A DNA stretch of 59,146 bases, counting the filler. It is 3 parts of 3 records of this genome, joined end to end, with 100 filler letters (N's around TTAATTAATTAA, not from the genome) between each part and the next. Parts side by side here need not be neighbours in the genome. Positions count along the whole stretch, not along the records: positions 1 to 31,716 come from SRR20825006_2076; 2 more parts are not named here. One strand, 5' to 3'. The notes under the pieces were generated by a model. That model was not told the DNA's origin, searched no databases, and worked only from the letters and a program-made list of their open reading frames with translations. The position numbers and the translations under genes were made by a program. Of this stretch, positions 1 through 9,577 are shown one piece after another; positions within the stretch are counted from its first letter, which is position 1; each line of letters starts with the position of its first letter.

Positions 1-1
1 T

Positions 2-137
2 ATCCGCAGATTTCGCTGATTTTCACAGATAAAAAAAACAGTTCACTGAGATCGTTATCTAGCGACAGGGCTTCTGAATTGAGCTTTGGCTCTTTTCTTC
101 TAAGAACAATCTGCGCTCATCTGCGTAATGTGCGGAT
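2..137. repeat. Imperfect palindromic intergenic repeat, copy 1 (29-nt arms, 78-nt spacer)
   Basis: Left arm ATCCGCAGATTTCGCTGATTTTCACAGAT (2-30) pairs with right arm ATCTGCGCTCATCTGCGTAATGTGCGGAT (109-137) at 22/29 positions. The left arm is 27/29 identical to 14449-14477. Confidence 0.85.
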
Positions 138-181
138 CAAAACTCTGTACCTTCTGTGCCTCCGTGGTTCAAACTTTTCAA

Positions 182-1021
182 TCAGGCAAACCGTCCCTCA
201 CGATAATCGGCAAAAGCCTGCTCGACCTGTTCGCGGGTGTTCATCACAAACGGCCCACCGCGAGCCACCGGTTCTTTTAGCGGCTGCCCTGAAACCAGCA
301 AAAACTCGCTGCTTCCTTCAGCAGAAAGCCTCACGCTCTGCCCCTGCTCAAGCACACCCAATTGACCGGCTTTTAATGGCCGCTGCTTATCACCGATTAA
401 TAACTGGCCCTTAATGACATAAATAAAGCTGTTATCTCCATCCGGTACATGCTGTTCGAAGCGGGTATCCGCCGGTAACGCCACATGCAGATAAAGTGGA
501 TTCACGTAAGGGTTGTCAATTACGCCCTCTGTGCCTTTATCGGTCTGGCCGGCCACCACTTTGATTCGCGTCCCGTTTTCAAGCGTTTCAACTGGAATCT
601 CTGCGGCGGAACGTTCCTGATAACGCGGTTCATTCATTTTTTCAGCGGCAGGCAGGTTGACCCAGAGCTGGAATCCGGCCAGCAGCCCATCTTCTTGCTC
701 CGGCATTTCCGAATGGATAATACCTCGGCCCGCGGTCATCCATTGCACACCTCCGGTTTCGATGACACCCTGGTTACCGGCGCTGTCTTCATGACGCATT
801 TTGCCGGCCAGCATATAAGTGACTGTCTCGAAACCACGATGCGGATGAGGTGGAAAACCAGCCAGATATTCCTGCGGCCGGTCTGAACCAAAAGCATCAA
901 ACATCAGAAATGGGTCCAGCATATTCAACTGCGGCGAACCGATAATGCGTTTGAGCTGCACACCAGCCCCGTCAGACACCTGATCGCCGTTGACGATTTG
1001 TCTGAGTTCTCTTGTATTCAT
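182..1021 (-). CDS. Pirin family bicupin
   Basis: GFPPHPHRGFETVTY and GGVQWMTAGRGIIHSE pirin metal-binding motifs; C-terminal GGPFVMNT. Confidence 0.95.
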   Translation of the reverse strand: MNTRELRQIVNGDQVSDGAGVQLKRIIGSPQLNMLDPFLMFDAFGSDRPQEYLAGFPPHPHRGFETVTYMLAGKMRHEDSAGNQGVIETGGVQWMTAGRGIIHSEMPEQEDGLLAGFQLWVNLPAAEKMNEPRYQERSAAEIPVETLENGTRIKVVAGQTDKGTEGVIDNPYVNPLYLHVALPADTRFEQHVPDGDNSFIYVIKGQLLIGDKQRPLKAGQLGVLEQGQSVRLSAEGSSEFLLVSGQPLKEPVARGGPFVMNTREQVEQAFADYREGRFA

Positions 1022-1617
1022 GATGCTTCTCCTGCAGCAATCGCTGCCAGTTTTTCACTGATATCAATATTGTCATTGGCTGCCCGATGCAAGTCATTGG
1101 CGTTTACCAGGGTGACATCGTCTATGCCAAGAAAGCCCATCACATGGCGCAGATAAGTCGAGGCATAATCAACTTCACTGCCCAGTGGCACACCACCGGA
1201 TGCAACAACCAGAAAAGCTTTTTTGTCTTTTAATAAACCTTCCGGCCCGTTTTCAGTATAGCGAAAGGTCACTCTGGCTCTTGCGACCTGATCTATCCAG
1301 GCTTTCAAAACCGCTGGGACACTGAAGTTATAAATGGGAGCAGCAATGATGATATGACTCGCCTGCTCCAACTCCTCAATCAGCCTGTCTGACATTGCCA
1401 GCGCTGCTTTCTGCTCATCACTGCGATCAGCGGGGTCAGTGAAGTTGGCACCAACCCATTGTTCATCAATGAAATCGATGCCTTCCGCCAAATCACGCTT
1501 AACCACAGCCAGTCCACTCTGGTGCTGTAACTGATGGGTCAGCTGTGCTGAGAGATCGCGGGTCACAGAGCCTTGAATACGGCTACTGGAATTAATCTGT
1601 AAAATCATGTTTTGCAT
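1018..1617 (-). CDS. azoR: FMN-dependent NADH-azoreductase
   Basis: APIYNFSVPAVLKAWIDQVARARVTFRYTENGPEGLL motif. Start moved to ATG 1617 (MQNMILQINSS), which follows an AGGGAG RBS; ATGA overlap with pirin. Confidence 0.92.
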   Translation of the reverse strand: MQNMILQINSSSRIQGSVTRDLSAQLTHQLQHQSGLAVVKRDLAEGIDFIDEQWVGANFTDPADRSDEQKAALAMSDRLIEELEQASHIIIAAPIYNFSVPAVLKAWIDQVARARVTFRYTENGPEGLLKDKKAFLVVASGGVPLGSEVDYASTYLRHVMGFLGIDDVTLVNANDLHRAANDNIDISEKLAAIAAGEAS

Positions 1618-1633
1618 TGTATTTCTCCCTAAT

Positions 1634-2029
1634 TCAGTTGCGATTGACGCGCAGATTATCAATGGCAAAAGCGCCACTGCCATGCGCGACCAGAGTCAAT
1701 AAACCACCGGCAATCGCCAGATTTTTCATAAAAAGAATGCTTTGCATCTGATCGCTAAAATCAAAGTGGAACAGAACCGCTGCCAGTAAACTGAAACCAG
1801 CAAGTACCAAGGCGGCCACCCGGGTTTTAAAACCCAGCAATACAGCGAGGCCTGCCATAATTTCGGTCACGATCACCAGTGGCAGTAATGCGCCCGATAT
1901 CCCCATCGACTCCATGTAGCCCTGCGTACCTGCATAACCTGCGCCCAGCTTGCTGACACCGGCATTGATGAAGATGGCGCTCAATAGCACCCGGCCTGCC
2001 AGTGATGAAGTATTGCTCGCTAAATTCAT
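1634..2029 (-). CDS. DoxX family membrane protein
   Basis: GRVLLSAIF, LLGFKTR and FMKNLAIAGGLL motifs; four hydrophobic segments. Confidence 0.92.
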   Translation of the reverse strand: MNLASNTSSLAGRVLLSAIFINAGVSKLGAGYAGTQGYMESMGISGALLPLVIVTEIMAGLAVLLGFKTRVAALVLAGFSLLAAVLFHFDFSDQMQSILFMKNLAIAGGLLTLVAHGSGAFAIDNLRVNRN

Positions 2030-2136
2030 TGTTATTTCCTCATTTTTGTTGATGACGAGAACAATTTAATCGTTTCCCTTTTTCTGAAAAACACGCTATT
2101 AATAAACTTATTGTTTCCTTAATGAGAACGATTTAA

Positions 2137-3045
2137 ATGAATCAACTGGAAGAGATGCAGACTTATGTCCGTATTGTGGAGGCCGGCAGTATTACCCGTG
2201 CAGCAGAGCAGATGAATACGGTGAAATCAGCGGTCAGTAAACGCCTGACAGATCTTGAAAAACGATTGGGTGTGAACCTGCTCAAACGGACAACGCGTAA
2301 ACAGACGCTGACCGATGCCGGCCGCGATTATTACCAGCATTGTGTGCGCATTCTGGATGATATTTACGAGGTGGAGTCCGCGCTGAGTGATGAGCAGGCA
2401 GCGCTGTCAGGGAGGATTCGAATGGCGGCACCGATTAGTTTCGGTCTGATGCACTTGAGTCCGGCACTCAGAGAATTCAACCGGATACATCCGGATATTA
2501 TTTTTGATATTGAGTTTAATGACAGGCAGCAGGATCTGGTTACCGAAGGCATTGATCTGGCGATCCGGGTATCCAATCTGGCGGATTCGAGTTTGATTGC
2601 CAGAAAACTCTCAACAACGCGACTGTTGATTTGTGGCAGCCCGCATTATTTCGCCCGAAATGGCACCCCGAAAACTGCTGAAGACCTGCTCTACGGGCAT
2701 ACCAAACTCCAATACAGTCATGTCAGCGCCAGTTGGCAACTGAAAAATCACCAGGGTGAAAAACTGTCAGTCAACCTGCCAGCAGTCATGACCGCCAATA
2801 ATGGCCAGTTCCTGCATGATGCCGCGGTAGAAGGCAAAGGCTTGATTCTGTCACCGGATTTTATCTGCGCGGATGCAATCCGCTCAGGCAAACTTCAAGC
2901 TGTACTGACAAACTGTTTACTGGAGGATGAAATTGGAATTTATGCCGTTTACCCACAAACACGTTACCTGTCTCAACGAGTCCGAAAGCTGATTGACTTT
3001 CTGCGTGAATATTTTGCCCTGCGACCTGACTGGCAGTGTCCCTGA
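2137..3045 (+). CDS. LysR family regulator (CrgA/DmlR-like), divergent from doxX-azoR-pirin
   Basis: N-terminal HTH GSITRAAE...SAVSKRLTDLEKRLGVNLLKRTTR; substrate-binding domain DLVTEGIDLAIR. Confidence 0.95.
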   Translation: MNQLEEMQTYVRIVEAGSITRAAEQMNTVKSAVSKRLTDLEKRLGVNLLKRTTRKQTLTDAGRDYYQHCVRILDDIYEVESALSDEQAALSGRIRMAAPISFGLMHLSPALREFNRIHPDIIFDIEFNDRQQDLVTEGIDLAIRVSNLADSSLIARKLSTTRLLICGSPHYFARNGTPKTAEDLLYGHTKLQYSHVSASWQLKNHQGEKLSVNLPAVMTANNGQFLHDAAVEGKGLILSPDFICADAIRSGKLQAVLTNCLLEDEIGIYAVYPQTRYLSQRVRKLIDFLREYFALRPDWQCP

Positions 3046-3089
3046 TAAGTTGACCATGGTGCTGATCAGTAAAGCCATGAACGCCCTGA

Positions 3090-3707
3090 TTAAGCCCTTA
3101 ACTCTCTGAGACTGTCTTTGATAATACTCAATGCTGAACGCAGCACAAAAAGGGCAATCAAGCAGCCGATAACCAGATCCGGCCAGCCTTGCTGGAGAGC
3201 AGAGACCATCACTGCTGCAACGATGACACCAATGTTGGCGACCATATCATTGCGTGAACATAGCCAGGTCGAGCGAAGATTGATATCACCATTACGATAT
3301 CGCGATAACAGCATAAAACAAATCAGATTAACCAACAAAGCAAGCGCGGCTACCCAGCCCATTGAAAACGAATCCGGGACAGTGCCTGCCAGAAAATGGC
3401 TGATAACACTATAAAGCACCAGCAAGACCAGCAGCGCCTGAAAACAGCCATTGAGCAGTGCCGCACTGGCCTTCTGTCGCAGGCTTCCCTGAACTACCAG
3501 AAAACTGATTAAATAAACCACCGCATCAGCCAGCATATCCAGCGAGTCCGCCATCAGCCCGGTTGATGACGCCAGCCAGCCCAGAGTGAATTCAATTACA
3601 AACATCAGCGCATTGAGCGCCAGCACAATCAACAGGATTTTTTTCTTATCGCCAGTGAAATCACTGGCGCAGTTGTCATGACAACAATCACTCATATCCC
3701 GGAACAC
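3090..3707 (-). CDS. Cation diffusion facilitator (Co/Zn/Cd) transporter, short form without cytoplasmic C-terminal domain
   Basis: ADSLDMLAD and WLCSRND motifs; N-terminal CCHDNC. The start may be ATG 3695. Confidence 0.88.
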   Translation of the reverse strand: MFRDMSDCCHDNCASDFTGDKKKILLIVLALNALMFVIEFTLGWLASSTGLMADSLDMLADAVVYLISFLVVQGSLRQKASAALLNGCFQALLVLLVLYSVISHFLAGTVPDSFSMGWVAALALLVNLICFMLLSRYRNGDINLRSTWLCSRNDMVANIGVIVAAVMVSALQQGWPDLVIGCLIALFVLRSALSIIKDSLRELRA

Positions 3708-3711
3708 ATAG

Positions 3712-4629
3712 CTATTTCAAAAAAAAGTCAAAATCACGCTGATGCCGATCAACACTGGCCTTACCTTCATCTATTGCTTCTTCAGCACGGTAAAACTCCA
3801 GAATACCGATATGAGCCAGACGCGGTGACAGAATAATTTCCGGTGGGTCCCCCGCCATACGGCTACGGGTAATCCGATCCTGGGTAATATTTATTGAAGC
3901 CGCAATCGCATCCATTAAATCAGGCGCTTCTTCTTCCTTCTCACCATTACTGAACAGGTTGCTGGTGTAATCGGCGACCATGTCAGTGAAACGTTCAGTG
4001 AAGCTCGGGTTGGCCGGTTCACTGGTATCGACTTTTTCCGGCGACTCAGCGCGAAAATGCTTGCCTACGATATCGCTGTTGAGATTCACGGCGATAACAA
4101 CATCGGCGCCCAGAGCACGGCATACCGAAACCGGCACCGGGTTTACCAGCCCACCGTCAATCAACCAGCGATCATTATGTTTGATGGCCGGAAACAGGCC
4201 CGGTAAGGAAATAGATGACCAGACAGAATCCAGTACTTTACCCTGTGTATTCCAGATTTCGCGTCCGGTATTCAGATCGGTGGCCACAGTGGCAAAAGAT
4301 TTATCCAAATCTTCAATTAACTGCTCAGTGCTGACAACATATTCATCCAGAAAATGATGGAATCTGGATTTATTGACAAAACCGCGCAAAGATCGATTAA
4401 TAGTGAAGTAACGGGCTGTTTTTAACTTATCCAGTTCGGTAACCCAGTCTTCCAGTTTGTCGATGTTACCTGCCACATAGGCTGCACCCACCAGGGCACC
4501 AATCGAACTTCCACAAACAATATCCGGTTCAAAACCAAGCTCAGTGAGTCGCTGTATCACTCCAATATGAGCCCAGCCTCTGGCAGCACCACTGCCCAGG
4601 GCAAGACCGACTTTTACCTTTTTCTTCAT
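3712..4629 (-). CDS. rssA: Patatin-like phospholipase (RssA-like)
   Basis: LALGSGAARGWAHIGV, GSSIG nucleophile elbow, DGG motif. Confidence 0.9.
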   Translation of the reverse strand: MKKKVKVGLALGSGAARGWAHIGVIQRLTELGFEPDIVCGSSIGALVGAAYVAGNIDKLEDWVTELDKLKTARYFTINRSLRGFVNKSRFHHFLDEYVVSTEQLIEDLDKSFATVATDLNTGREIWNTQGKVLDSVWSSISLPGLFPAIKHNDRWLIDGGLVNPVPVSVCRALGADVVIAVNLNSDIVGKHFRAESPEKVDTSEPANPSFTERFTDMVADYTSNLFSNGEKEEEAPDLMDAIAASINITQDRITRSRMAGDPPEIILSPRLAHIGILEFYRAEEAIDEGKASVDRHQRDFDFFLK

Positions 4630-4675
4630 TCAGATATTCTTTATATTATTCTTTAACTTACAAAGTAAATTTAAA

Positions 4676-5071
4676 GTGGAAATGAATAATGCTTATTTGT
4701 TTGTTTACGGTACACTGATGCAGAACAGTCAGCACCCGATGCACCAGGTTTTGCAAACTCACAGCGAGTTTGTCTGTGAGGGCTGGATACAAGCTCAACT
4801 GTATCAGATTCATGATTATCCGGGCGCTGTGTTATCAGACAATGTCGCCGATAGAGTGCATGGCGAGGTTTATCGGTTGACCGACCTGTCAGTGCTGGCA
4901 CAACTGGATGATTTTGAAGAATGCTCTGCCGCCTTTCCGGAGCCGCACGAATACCGTCGGCGACCTATCAATGTGGTCATCACTCCAGCCAAGCATATCA
5001 AGGCCTGGGCTTATCTATACAACCATAAAGTCAATCCCGGCAAACGTATTAAAAGCGGTCGTTTCAGATAA
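4676..5071 (+). CDS. Gamma-glutamylcyclotransferase (AIG2-like)
   Basis: LFVYGTL, YPG, VHGEVY, LDDFE and AWAYLY motifs. Confidence 0.9.
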   Translation: MEMNNAYLFVYGTLMQNSQHPMHQVLQTHSEFVCEGWIQAQLYQIHDYPGAVLSDNVADRVHGEVYRLTDLSVLAQLDDFEECSAAFPEPHEYRRRPINVVITPAKHIKAWAYLYNHKVNPGKRIKSGRFR

Positions 5072-5154
5072 ATTCGACAGCCTGTGAATAAATTTTTAAA
5101 GTTCATCAAAATCAAGTCGATAGCCTTCATACAGAACACATAAAGTGAAGATCG

Positions 5155-5370
5155 ATGAACGAAATACCTCGTCTCAGTCACTACAATATGGTGACTGTCA
5201 GCACGCCGGCTCAGGTCGGTCCCGCACGCCCCATTGCTGACAAAACCAAATCAGTGTCTGAATTTGACCGACGAAATCAACCTGATCGGCGCAAGCGCAA
5301 TAAAAAGCCACGAATTGAGCGTCGCGTGTCTTCTGATCGTCGTGGCCCGCGGTTTGATGCCAAGGTCTGA
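5155..5370 (+). CDS. Small basic hypothetical protein with repeated (D/E)RR motifs
   Basis: 71-aa ATG ORF that fills the gap between two genes; DRRNQPDRR...ERRVSSDRRGPR. Confidence 0.65.
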   Translation: MNEIPRLSHYNMVTVSTPAQVGPARPIADKTKSVSEFDRRNQPDRRKRNKKPRIERRVSSDRRGPRFDAKV

Positions 5371-5374
5371 CTAG

Positions 5375-5794
5375 TTACCCTGCTGGTGGGAAATCGGCTG
5401 CATTTTCTGATATCCAGCGAAAGGCGGCCTGTTCGCTGCTGAGCTTCTGACCGGTTTCGGCCTCCAGCCGACGTCGGTAAGCTTCTATATGACACACCTG
5501 CTCTACCATTCGCATCGCATAGCGCACCGCCTGATCTCTAAACCCAACCCCAATCAAATATTTTCTGCCCTCCCGGCTACACCAGCGCACGATTCCCTCT
5601 GCACTGAAACCTGGTCTGCCACAATTAATTTCCACCAAGATACTCTCGCCGACAGGCGCCGGTTGCTGGCTGGTGAAACATAAGCCGCCCTGGCTGACAT
5701 CTCGTGCCGTCTGAGTCTGTTGACGCTGTCCCACCCGGAACCTGATAGGAATCGTGCTGGGATGACGGATATACTGTCGAAGTTCTTCTATCAT
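5375..5794 (-). CDS. PilZ domain c-di-GMP receptor
   Basis: RQYIR (RxxxR) and DVSQGG (D/NxSxxG) motifs; VRWC...YLIGVGF. Confidence 0.92.
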   Translation of the reverse strand: MIEELRQYIRHPSTIPIRFRVGQRQQTQTARDVSQGGLCFTSQQPAPVGESILVEINCGRPGFSAEGIVRWCSREGRKYLIGVGFRDQAVRYAMRMVEQVCHIEAYRRRLEAETGQKLSSEQAAFRWISENAADFPPAG

Positions 5795-5829
5795 CTCAGC
5801 AACTTAGCATAGCGTTTTAAATCTGTGAA

Positions 5830-7206
5830 TCAGTAGAGCTTTTTCAGTTTGTCGTTGATGAGGCCCAGACGGCCGGTGCTGACAGCACGACGGCGAATAC
5901 CGCGTACCGGTGCGATAAAAAACAAGTCGCCGTTCTGCCCCTCAAGTTGCTCACCTACACCCACTGATTTTGCCACCCGCGCATTGGCCCGCATATGTCG
6001 ATACTCACCATGAACCGGAATGGCACAGGCAGGTTTCACCCATTGATACATCGCCTTGAGTTCATCCTGCGCCGGATGCCCCGAGGCATGAATGGGTAAG
6101 CGACTGTTATCAACAGTAATCACATCAATCTGCATCGCTTTCAAACGCTCAATTAGTGACTCAATCGCGGCTTCATTACCAGGTATGACTTTGGAGCTGA
6201 AAATCACCGTATCACCGGGTTCCAGCTGCATATCACGAAAGCTGTTATGACTGAGTCTGTTTAATGCTGTACGTGGCTCCCCCTGACTGCCGGTCGCAAC
6301 CAGCAGTACAGTTTGTCTGGGTAGATAACCAAGATGATGAGGATCAACAAAGGTTTCCACCCCGCTCCAGAAGCCCGTCTTCCTGGCAGCCGTATAGGTA
6401 TTGATCAGCGAACGTCCCAGCAGCCCCAGATGACGCCCGGTCTCCTGAGCAATATCCGCAATCGTACGCAACCGGGCAATATTACTGCCGAAACAGGTCA
6501 CGACCACTCGTCCTCTGGCCTGTTCAATATGATGCTTCAGGCCACGCTGTAATGACGCTTCTGAAGCAGACCAACCTGGCACATCGGCATTGGTGGAATC
6601 ACACACCATGGCATAAATATCCAGTTCAGCCAGTGCTTCAAAATCTGCCGGCTGATAGCGCTCACCGACCACCGGATCGCTATCCAGCTTCCAGTCCGCG
6701 GTATGAAAGACCTTACCGACCGGCGTCGCGATCAGCAGTGCAAATGGTTCGGGTATCGAATGGGTCAACTGAATCCAACGCACATTGAAAACACCGATAT
6801 CGATTTCCGCTTTCGCCTCCACGATAGTCACCGGGACTTCGTCCTGCAGGCCAGCCTCTTTCAGCTTGCGACGCAGAATCTCTGCTGTATAAGCTGTGGT
6901 ATAAACCGGACAGCGAAGTTGAGACCAGAGATATGGCACCGCACCGATATGGTCCTCATGGGCATGGGTGATAATCAGGCCATCGAGCCGATCTTTGCGA
7001 TCAGCAATGAATTGAGGATCAGCCATTTGAATTTCGGCACGACTACCGGGGATGGGCTCACCATCGACATCAGTGCGCGCCTCAAAGGTCAGCCCGCAAT
7101 CGACCATCAACCAGCGCCCGTTATGGCCGTATAGGTTGAGGTTCATGCCGATTTCACCTGTCCCGCCCAGTGGCAGGAACCAAAAATCTTCTGCGTCCGG
7201 CGTCAT
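5830..7206 (-). CDS. rnj: Ribonuclease J (MBL/beta-CASP)
   Basis: PLGGTGEIGMN, THAHEDHIGA, HSIPE, TGSQGEP, HASGH and PVHGE motifs. Confidence 0.92.
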   Translation of the reverse strand: MTPDAEDFWFLPLGGTGEIGMNLNLYGHNGRWLMVDCGLTFEARTDVDGEPIPGSRAEIQMADPQFIADRKDRLDGLIITHAHEDHIGAVPYLWSQLRCPVYTTAYTAEILRRKLKEAGLQDEVPVTIVEAKAEIDIGVFNVRWIQLTHSIPEPFALLIATPVGKVFHTADWKLDSDPVVGERYQPADFEALAELDIYAMVCDSTNADVPGWSASEASLQRGLKHHIEQARGRVVVTCFGSNIARLRTIADIAQETGRHLGLLGRSLINTYTAARKTGFWSGVETFVDPHHLGYLPRQTVLLVATGSQGEPRTALNRLSHNSFRDMQLEPGDTVIFSSKVIPGNEAAIESLIERLKAMQIDVITVDNSRLPIHASGHPAQDELKAMYQWVKPACAIPVHGEYRHMRANARVAKSVGVGEQLEGQNGDLFFIAPVRGIRRRAVSTGRLGLINDKLKKLY

Positions 7207-7362
7207 AGTATCCTCATTGTTTGAAAACGGTCACCATTATGCCAAAGAAGCGAACTGGCGCAGTTGATAGCGCACAAGATTTTAACGCCGCCCCGTGATC
7301 TCTGTCACAGCAGGCTGTGACCCCGTTTGTCCTGAGCGGTTGAAGCCCAGAGCGCTCAACAG

Positions 7363-7408
7363 TGGTATAATCTGCGGCTGTTTTGAATCAAGTCATTGAT
7401 TTAATGAC
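7363..7408 (+). promoter_or_regulatory. Extended -10 promoter of oadGAB plus a downstream dyad
   Basis: TGGTATAAT at 7363-7371 (TGn + TATAAT); dyad GTCATT-N5-AATGAC at 7392-7408; GGAGG RBS before oadG. Confidence 0.55.
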
Positions 7409-7434
7409 GTTAGCGATGCACAGAGGAGGTCGGT

Positions 7435-7716
7435 ATGACTGCATCCAATCTGATGTCCGAAGGTTTGAACCTGATGCTGGTCGGCATGGGGTTTGTCTTC
7501 GTTTTTCTGACATTACTGGTGTTTGTCACCAGTCTGATGTCAAAAATTATTACTCGTTATGAAAAAGATGTCGGCACCTTACCGGAAGAAGGCATTCCCG
7601 CCCCCACTGCCGTTATCAGCCAGGCGATGAGTTCCAGACAGCATGCCAATGATGACAAGAGCCTGATCACGGTTCTGTCCGCTGCCATTCACAAGTTCCG
7701 CTCACGTCATAAATAA
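7435..7716 (+). CDS. oadG: Na+-translocating oxaloacetate decarboxylase, gamma subunit
   Basis: [17 protein letters not shown] transmembrane helix; AAIHKFR C-terminus; first gene of the oad operon. Confidence 0.92.
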   Translation: MTASNLMSEGLNLMLVGMGFVFVFLTLLVFVTSLMSKIITRYEKDVGTLPEEGIPAPTAVISQAMSSRQHANDDKSLITVLSAAIHKFRSRHK

Positions 7717-7762
7717 ACCGCCTGCATCAACAAGGCAGTTTCCGTTAGATCAAACTAAGGCC

Positions 7763-9562
7763 ATGAACATGACCGAAGCAAAAAAACCACTTGGCATTAC
7801 CGACGTCGTTCTGCGTGATGCCCATCAATCCCTGTTTGCCACCCGGATGCGTCTCGACGATATGCTGCCGATTGCCGACAAGCTCGATCAAGTCGGTTTC
7901 TGGTCGGTGGAAAGCTGGGGCGGCGCCACTTTTGATGCCTGTATCCGTTATCTGGGTGAAGATCCCTGGCATCGTATCCGCAGTCTGAAAGCCGCCATGC
8001 CCAATACCCGTCAGCAAATGCTGCTGCGGGGGCAGAACCTGCTGGGTTATCGCCACTATGCCGATGACGTAGTGAAAAAATTTGTCGAACGTGCCGCAGT
8101 GAATGGCGTCGATGTGTTCCGCGTCTTTGATGCGATGAATGACCCACGCAACCTGGAAACGGCCATCAAGGCAGTACTGGAAAATGACCGTCATGCCCAG
8201 GGCACCATCGCCTACACCCTGAGTCCGGTCCATAATCTGCAAATGTGGATTGATATGGCCAAGCGCATCGAAGATATGGGCGCGCATTCCCTGGCTATTA
8301 AGGATATGGCTGGTTTACTTAAGCCTTACGCAGCCTATGAGCTGGTTCAAAGTCTTAAGCAAGCTATTGATATTCCGATTCATATGCAGTCCCACGCGAC
8401 TACCGGCCTGTCTACTGCGACCATTATGAAATGCGTCGAAGCCGGTATCGATAACGTGGATACTGCCGTGTCATCCATGTCCATGACTTATGGTCATTCA
8501 GCGACAGAATCCGTCGTTTCGATTTTTGAAGGCACCGATCGCGATACCGGTCTCAATATCCAGTTGCTGGAAGAAATTGCGGCCTATTTCCGTGAGGTGC
8601 GTAAGAAGTACGCTCAATTCGAAGGCTCGCTGCGTGGTGTGGATTCCCGCATCCTGGTTGCTCAGGTACCCGGGGGCATGCTGACCAATATGGAAAGTCA
8701 GTTGCGTGAACAGAATGCGCTGGACCGAATGGATGATGTACTCAAGGAAATCCCTCGTGTACGTGAGGATCTGGGTTTCATCCCGCTGGTCACTCCGACC
8801 TCGCAGATTGTGGGTACTCAGGCGGTTATTAACGTCATGACCGGTGAACGTTATAAATCTATCAGCGCTGAAACGGCGGGTGTTCTGAAAGGCGAATACG
8901 GTGCTGCACCGGCTCCTTACAACAAGGAACTGCAGGAACGCGTTCTGGAAGGCGCTGAACCCATCACCTGTCGCCCGGCAGATCTGCTGGAAGCGGAAAT
9001 GGACAGGTTGACCACCGAATTACTGGAAAAAGCCGATGCCGATGGCATCAAGCTGGCGGAAGGCGAACATCAGGTTGATGATGTACTGACCTATGCCCTG
9101 TTCCCGCAAATCGGGCTCAAATTCCTGCAAAACCGCGATAATCCCGATGCCTTCGAACCGGTACCCAACGGCCAACCTCAGGCAAGCGCAACCCCTACTG
9201 GTAACACGACAACAGGTGAGCAGGACACCTATACCATCAAGGTTAACGGTCAGGCTTATGTGGTGCAGGTCAACGAAGGGGGCGATATCAGTCATGTTGA
9301 GAGCAGCACTGCCAGTGCGCCAGCACCGGCTGCAGAGCCTGCTGGTGACGGCGAACCGGTCACAGCACCGCTGTCCGGTAATATCTGGAAAATCCAGGTC
9401 GGCGTCGGCCAGCAGATAAACGAAGGTGACACCCTGCTGATTCTGGAAGCCATGAAAATGGAAACCCAGATCGTGGCCTCCAAGTCAGGCACTGTCGCCT
9501 CGATCTCCGTTAAACAGGGCGACGCCGTTAAAGTCGGTGATCTCCTCGCTACCATCGCATAA
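7763..9562 (+). CDS. oadA: Oxaloacetate decarboxylase, alpha subunit
   Basis: [23 protein letters not shown] and VTPTSQIVG motifs; Ala/Pro linker; EAMKM biotinylation site. Confidence 0.97.
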   Translation: MNMTEAKKPLGITDVVLRDAHQSLFATRMRLDDMLPIADKLDQVGFWSVESWGGATFDACIRYLGEDPWHRIRSLKAAMPNTRQQMLLRGQNLLGYRHYADDVVKKFVERAAVNGVDVFRVFDAMNDPRNLETAIKAVLENDRHAQGTIAYTLSPVHNLQMWIDMAKRIEDMGAHSLAIKDMAGLLKPYAAYELVQSLKQAIDIPIHMQSHATTGLSTATIMKCVEAGIDNVDTAVSSMSMTYGHSATESVVSIFEGTDRDTGLNIQLLEEIAAYFREVRKKYAQFEGSLRGVDSRILVAQVPGGMLTNMESQLREQNALDRMDDVLKEIPRVREDLGFIPLVTPTSQIVGTQAVINVMTGERYKSISAETAGVLKGEYGAAPAPYNKELQERVLEGAEPITCRPADLLEAEMDRLTTELLEKADADGIKLAEGEHQVDDVLTYALFPQIGLKFLQNRDNPDAFEPVPNGQPQASATPTGNTTTGEQDTYTIKVNGQAYVVQVNEGGDISHVESSTASAPAPAAEPAGDGEPVTAPLSGNIWKIQVGVGQQINEGDTLLILEAMKMETQIVASKSGTVASISVKQGDAVKVGDLLATIA

Positions 9563-9577
9563 GCAAGGATTCAATTC

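Noticed and set aside
79..414. 111-aa ORF on the + strand
   Set aside because: It is a translation of the palindromic repeat arms plus the antisense strand of pirin; TTG start and no protein motif.
7260..7434. Na+-sensing riboswitch upstream of oadGAB
   Set aside because: The extended -10 at 7363-7371 implies only a ~55-60-nt leader, and I see no terminator or aptamer I can recognise. An Rfam cmscan would settle it.
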